Assembly (NCBI GenBank): GCA_013360825.1
Contig: JABWAY010000002.1
Location: forward strand, 1-39,376
Length of the DNA stretch: 39,376 nucleotides
Reading direction: 5' to 3'
Origin: Candidatus Brocadiia bacterium
Lineage (GTDB): Bacteria > Planctomycetota > MHYJ01 > WSZJ01
In this document: one piece after another, positions 34,608-39,376 of the stretch
How positions within the stretch are numbered: the stretch's first letter is position 1
Layout: every line of letters starts with the position of its first letter
The notes under the pieces: generated by a model
Seen by the model: the letters and a program-made list of their open reading frames with translations, nothing else
Told to the model about the DNA's origin: nothing
Database searches by the model: none
Program-made: the position numbers and the translations under genes

Positions 34608-36920
34608 CTACCCGACCCGCGCTTCCCGCGCGACGAAGGTCCGGGCCCAGGTGTCGGTCTCCAGCAGGGCGTCGAGACCCGGGGAGGGGGTGAACGGATG
34701 CTCGGCCAGCGCCCGGGCGTTGAGGGCGGCGATGGCGGGGAAGGGGATTCTTCCCTCGAGGAAGAGCGCGACGGAGGCCTCGTTGGCGCCGTTGAGGGCC
34801 GCCCCGGCGGTTCCGCCCCGGCCCGCGGCGTCGAACCCGAGGGCCAGCGCGGGAAATCGCCCCGGGTCCGGGGGGAGCAGGTCCAGACGGTGGGGTTTCG
34901 CCAGGTCGAGAAACCCGGCCGCCGTGCGCGCCCGGGCCGGAAATGTCAGCGCGTACCGGATGGGGACGGCCATGTCGGGATAGCCGAGCTGCGCGATGGT
35001 CGACGCGTCGTGGAATTCGACCAGCGAGTGGATGATCGACTGGGGATGGATCGCGACGGCGATCCGGGAAACGGGGAGGTTGAAGAGCCACCGTGCCTCG
35101 ATGACCTCCAGCGCCTTGTTCATCATCGTCGCGGAGTCGATCGTGATTTTCGGCCCCATCTGCCAGGTCGGGTGCTTCAGCGCCTGCTCCGGCGTCGCCG
35201 CCGCGATCTGCGCCGCGGTCCAGTCGCGGAACGGGCCGCCGCTCGCCGTCAGGATGATCCGGTGGACCTCCTCGGGGCGGCCGGAGCGGAGCGCCTGGAA
35301 GATCGCGGAGTGCTCGCTGTCCACGGGGATGATGGAGGCGCCGGTCTCGACCGCGCCGGCCGTGAGCAGCGGCCCCGCCATGACCAGGGCTTCCTTGTTG
35401 GCGAGCGCGAGGCGCTTTCCGGCGGAGACGGCACGGACGGCGGAGGGAAGCCCGGCGGCGCCCGTGATGGCCGCGAGGACGATGTCGGTCTCCCGCCCGG
35501 GGACGACGACGAGGTCCGCTTCGACCACCGGTTCGTCGCGCCCGAACAGCACGGACACGCGATACGAACCCGCGATCACCCAGGGGTGAGCCGCGACGCC
35601 GTCCGCCCCGGCGATCAGGTCGTACGAGCGCACGGTGCCCTCGATGACGACTCGGGCGTCGCGCAGGGGGAGCCGCGACGGCAACTCGACCCGCACTCGC
35701 ACCTTGCCGAGGAAGTCCGACGGAATCCGCAGGTGGAGGACTCCGGACGACCCTGCGGCCCGGGCGGCTGCGACCGAGAACTCGCGGTACGCTTCGCCGA
35801 ATCCGACGCGGAGCCTCGCCTCGTCGAGCGCGCCGCCGTCGCACCACAGGCGTGCCGTGCCGTCCGCCCCGAGTTCCGCGCCGTCGACCTGGCGCACGCG
35901 CCCGTCGCGGCCACCGAGGGTCGGCGTAAACAGCGCGACGTGGAGGTCGCGCGAGGTGACGGGATTGCCGATGAGGAGGTGGTCGTCGAAGGCGGGGCCC
36001 CAGACGCCGCGGTCGAGGTAGACGATGCCGGCGATGCCGGTGGAGCCGTGGGTGTGCTCGATCATGCCCGGGCCGTAACCGAGGCCGTCGTGGGGTTTGC
36101 CGAAGGAGGGATACGAGGCGCCGTGGAGGAGCTGGTAGACGGGGGCGCTGTGGCAGTCGGCGCTGTAGAGATTCCCCCGGCGGTCGAAGGCGAGTCCGAA
36201 GGGATTGACCTGGCCGCGGGACCAGATCTCGACGCGGGTGCCGTCGGGCCGGAAGCGGAAGACGTTCCCGGAATGCATCTCGAGGGTGCTGCCGTCGCGG
36301 GCGCGGACGAGGCTGGTGTTGTTGAAGCCGTGGGTGGCGTAGATCCAGCCATCGGGCCCGGGGCGGAGGCTGGAGATCATGCCGTGGGTGTCTTTCTCAT
36401 ACCCGAGGGGGCCGAAGAGGACTTCGCGGAGGTCGGCGCGCCCGTCGCCGTCGGTGTCGGCGAAGTACCAGAGGTTCGGGATGCTCCAGGCGATGCAGCC
36501 GTCGTGATGACCGGGCCGGTGCCAGGGGAGGACGCCGGTGGGGATGTTCAACCCGTCGGCGAAGTCGGTGACGCGGTCGGCGCGGCCGTCGTGGTCGGTG
36601 TCCTCGAGGATCTTGATGGCATCGCGGCTGCCCTCGACGCGGGCGCCCCGCGGATCGGACCACCGCACTTTCGGGGCGGCATAAGGATACTCGACGGTGG
36701 AGGAAACCCAGACCCGCCCGCGCGAATCGACGGCGAGGTTGATGGGTTTGTTGATCATGGGCTCGGCGGCGAAGAGGCGCGCCTCGAAGCCTTCCGCGAC
36801 GGTGAAGGCGGCGAGTTCCTCCTCGGGGGAACGAGCCTCGGTCTCGCGCACGAGGTGGTCCTGGCCGATCGCGGGCAGGGCGCAGAGCAGGAGCGGCAGG
36901 AAACGCGTCGGGAGCTTCAT
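34608..36920 (-). CDS. dxr: Chimeric ORF: signal peptide + PVC-type 'membrane-bound dehydrogenase' (TIGR02604-like) domain + CarboxypepD_reg-like beta-sandwich, fused in frame to 1-deoxy-D-xylulose-5-phosphate reductoisomerase lacking its first ~93 residues
   Basis: ATG 36920 begins MKLPTRFLPLLLCALPAIG. SPEEELAAFTVAEGFEARLFAAEP...ILEDTDHDGRAD...DTDGDGRAD matches the PVC dehydrogenase domain. From codon D at 35486 to the stop at 34608 (292 aa), DIVLAAITGAAGL..LANKEALV..PVDSEHSAIFQ..SGGPF..DSATMMNKALEVIEARWLF..IHPQSIIHS aligns with E. coli Dxr from about residue 94 to the end. No GSTGSIG NADPH motif occurs in any frame. Confidence 0.7.
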   Translation of the reverse strand: MKLPTRFLPLLLCALPAIGQDHLVRETEARSPEEELAAFTVAEGFEARLFAAEPMINKPINLAVDSRGRVWVSSTVEYPYAAPKVRWSDPRGARVEGSRDAIKILEDTDHDGRADRVTDFADGLNIPTGVLPWHRPGHHDGCIAWSIPNLWYFADTDGDGRADLREVLFGPLGYEKDTHGMISSLRPGPDGWIYATHGFNNTSLVRARDGSTLEMHSGNVFRFRPDGTRVEIWSRGQVNPFGLAFDRRGNLYSADCHSAPVYQLLHGASYPSFGKPHDGLGYGPGMIEHTHGSTGIAGIVYLDRGVWGPAFDDHLLIGNPVTSRDLHVALFTPTLGGRDGRVRQVDGAELGADGTARLWCDGGALDEARLRVGFGEAYREFSVAAARAAGSSGVLHLRIPSDFLGKVRVRVELPSRLPLRDARVVIEGTVRSYDLIAGADGVAAHPWVIAGSYRVSVLFGRDEPVVEADLVVVPGRETDIVLAAITGAAGLPSAVRAVSAGKRLALANKEALVMAGPLLTAGAVETGASIIPVDSEHSAIFQALRSGRPEEVHRIILTASGGPFRDWTAAQIAAATPEQALKHPTWQMGPKITIDSATMMNKALEVIEARWLFNLPVSRIAVAIHPQSIIHSLVEFHDASTIAQLGYPDMAVPIRYALTFPARARTAAGFLDLAKPHRLDLLPPDPGRFPALALGFDAAGRGGTAGAALNGANEASVALFLEGRIPFPAIAALNARALAEHPFTPSPGLDALLETDTWARTFVAREARVG

Positions 36921-37110
36921 GAAGCGTCCATGCTGCCAGAATCGTGCGCGGCTGTCTCCCGCGTCTTCAAGGGAGGCGACGATCCGGTTTTCCCGTTGCC
37001 TCGCCGCGGCAGGGGCCGGGCCGGCGGGAAGGAAGGGCAGGAATCGCGCCAAATTTTGCGTTTCCATTTTCGGGCGGGCTTGCTAGGCTCCTCGTTCCCA
37101 AAAAACGCCC

Positions 37111-39057
<1,947 letters not shown>

Positions 39058-39062
39058 GGGGG

Positions 39063-39089
39063 CTCCGCGCGGGACGCGAATGCGCGGAG
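39063..39089 (+). terminator. GC-rich hairpin downstream of acs (possible terminator without a U-tract)
   Basis: CTCCGCGC (39063-39070) pairs perfectly with GCGCGGAG (39082-39089) across an 11-nt loop, 6 nt after the acs TGA. No T-run follows, so terminator function is uncertain. Confidence 0.25.
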
Positions 39090-39257
39090 TCCGCGCAAGC
39101 GCGTCCGACGCATCCGGCCTCGCGACCGTTTCTCCGCTCCCAGGCCATGACCGCCCCTCCCTCGCCGTCTCCCGAAACGGAATCGGGATTTGTTCGAACC
39201 GTCGGACGCCTGCTTCGCCACGGGCGGAGCGATCCTCCTCACCTCTCGAAAGATCCG

Positions 39258-39376
39258 ATGAAGAGACTCCTCCCCCTGCTCGTCTCCGTTGTCCTCGGTG
39301 CCCTCGGTGGTTTTCCTCTCCACGCCGCCACCTTCGAGGCGGATGTCTGCGTGTTCGGGGGCACCAGTGGCGGAGT
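39258..39376 (+). CDS. Secreted FAD-dependent oxidoreductase, partial (N-terminal 39 codons only)
   Basis: MKRLLPLLVSVVLGALGGFPLHAATFEADVCVFGGTSGG combines a signal peptide with a GxGxxG dinucleotide-binding start. GC3 is high from 39258 onward. The ORF runs off the window. Confidence 0.5.
   Translation, partial: MKRLLPLLVSVVLGALGGFPLHAATFEADVCVFGGTSGG

Noticed and set aside
36010-36050. GSTGIAG peptide upstream in the chimeric ORF, considered as a remnant of the DXR GSTGSIG NADPH motif.
   Set aside because: It lies about 180 codons upstream of the DXR junction, inside the dehydrogenase-like domain. The flanking residues (HTHGSTGIAGIVYLDRG) do not match the DXR N-terminus. I treat it as coincidental.
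39147-39257. In-frame upstream ATG that would add 37 residues to the last (partial) gene.
   Set aside because: Third-position GC is clearly lower in this stretch than in surrounding coding sequence, and the signal peptide begins at Met 39258.

Overview
This is a high-GC (about 70% by eye) bacterial chromosomal window. Gene content resembles the PVC superphylum/Planctomycetota: a Ser/Thr kinase fused to an FGE-sulfatase domain, a TIGR02604-like 'membrane-bound dehydrogenase' domain and HEAT-repeat proteins. That taxonomic guess is inference only. I can support about 33 protein-coding genes. I recognised no rRNA, tRNA, CRISPR array, transposase or integrase. Stop codons are rare at this GC content, so most very long track ORFs (Arg/Pro/Gly-rich, antisense to recognisable genes) are artefacts.

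Layout:
- 1-8.5 kb: zinc-ribbon protein (partial), bifunctional nuclease, ferritin-like protein, Ser/Thr kinase-FGE fusion, orphan ParA-like ATPase, REC/PilZ-like protein, a small coiled-coil ORF coupled to a HEAT-repeat protein.
- 8.5-15 kb: glycogen-type cluster (GH57, GalT-like HIT transferase, GlgA, DUF4912) interrupted by a PQQ sugar dehydrogenase. No glgC is present.
- 15-17 kb: beta-propeller protein, hypothetical protein, VOC protein.
- 17.0-28.9 kb, minus strand: the most interesting locus. It is an eight-gene, translationally coupled operon encoding a cytoplasmic GltD-like FAD/NAD(P)H Fe-S protein, a Rieske protein, a fused cytochrome b6/subunit IV, a heptahaem cytochrome c, and a Tat-exported NXR/Nar-type molybdoenzyme (alpha, beta, haem-b gamma, TorD-like chaperone).
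- 29.3-30.1 kb: a REC-PilZ regulator sits upstream of that operon, followed by a 473-nt leader containing a G-run tract and TCACGC half-site repeats.
- 30.3-36.9 kb: MFS transporter, then UbiA prenyltransferase, a small ORF, RseP and an anomalous chimeric ORF. In the chimera a secreted dehydrogenase-like domain is fused in frame to a DXR that lacks its NADPH-binding N-terminus.
- 37.1-39.4 kb: acs and a partial FAD oxidoreductase.

All functional calls come from motif and family recognition by eye. No searches were run.
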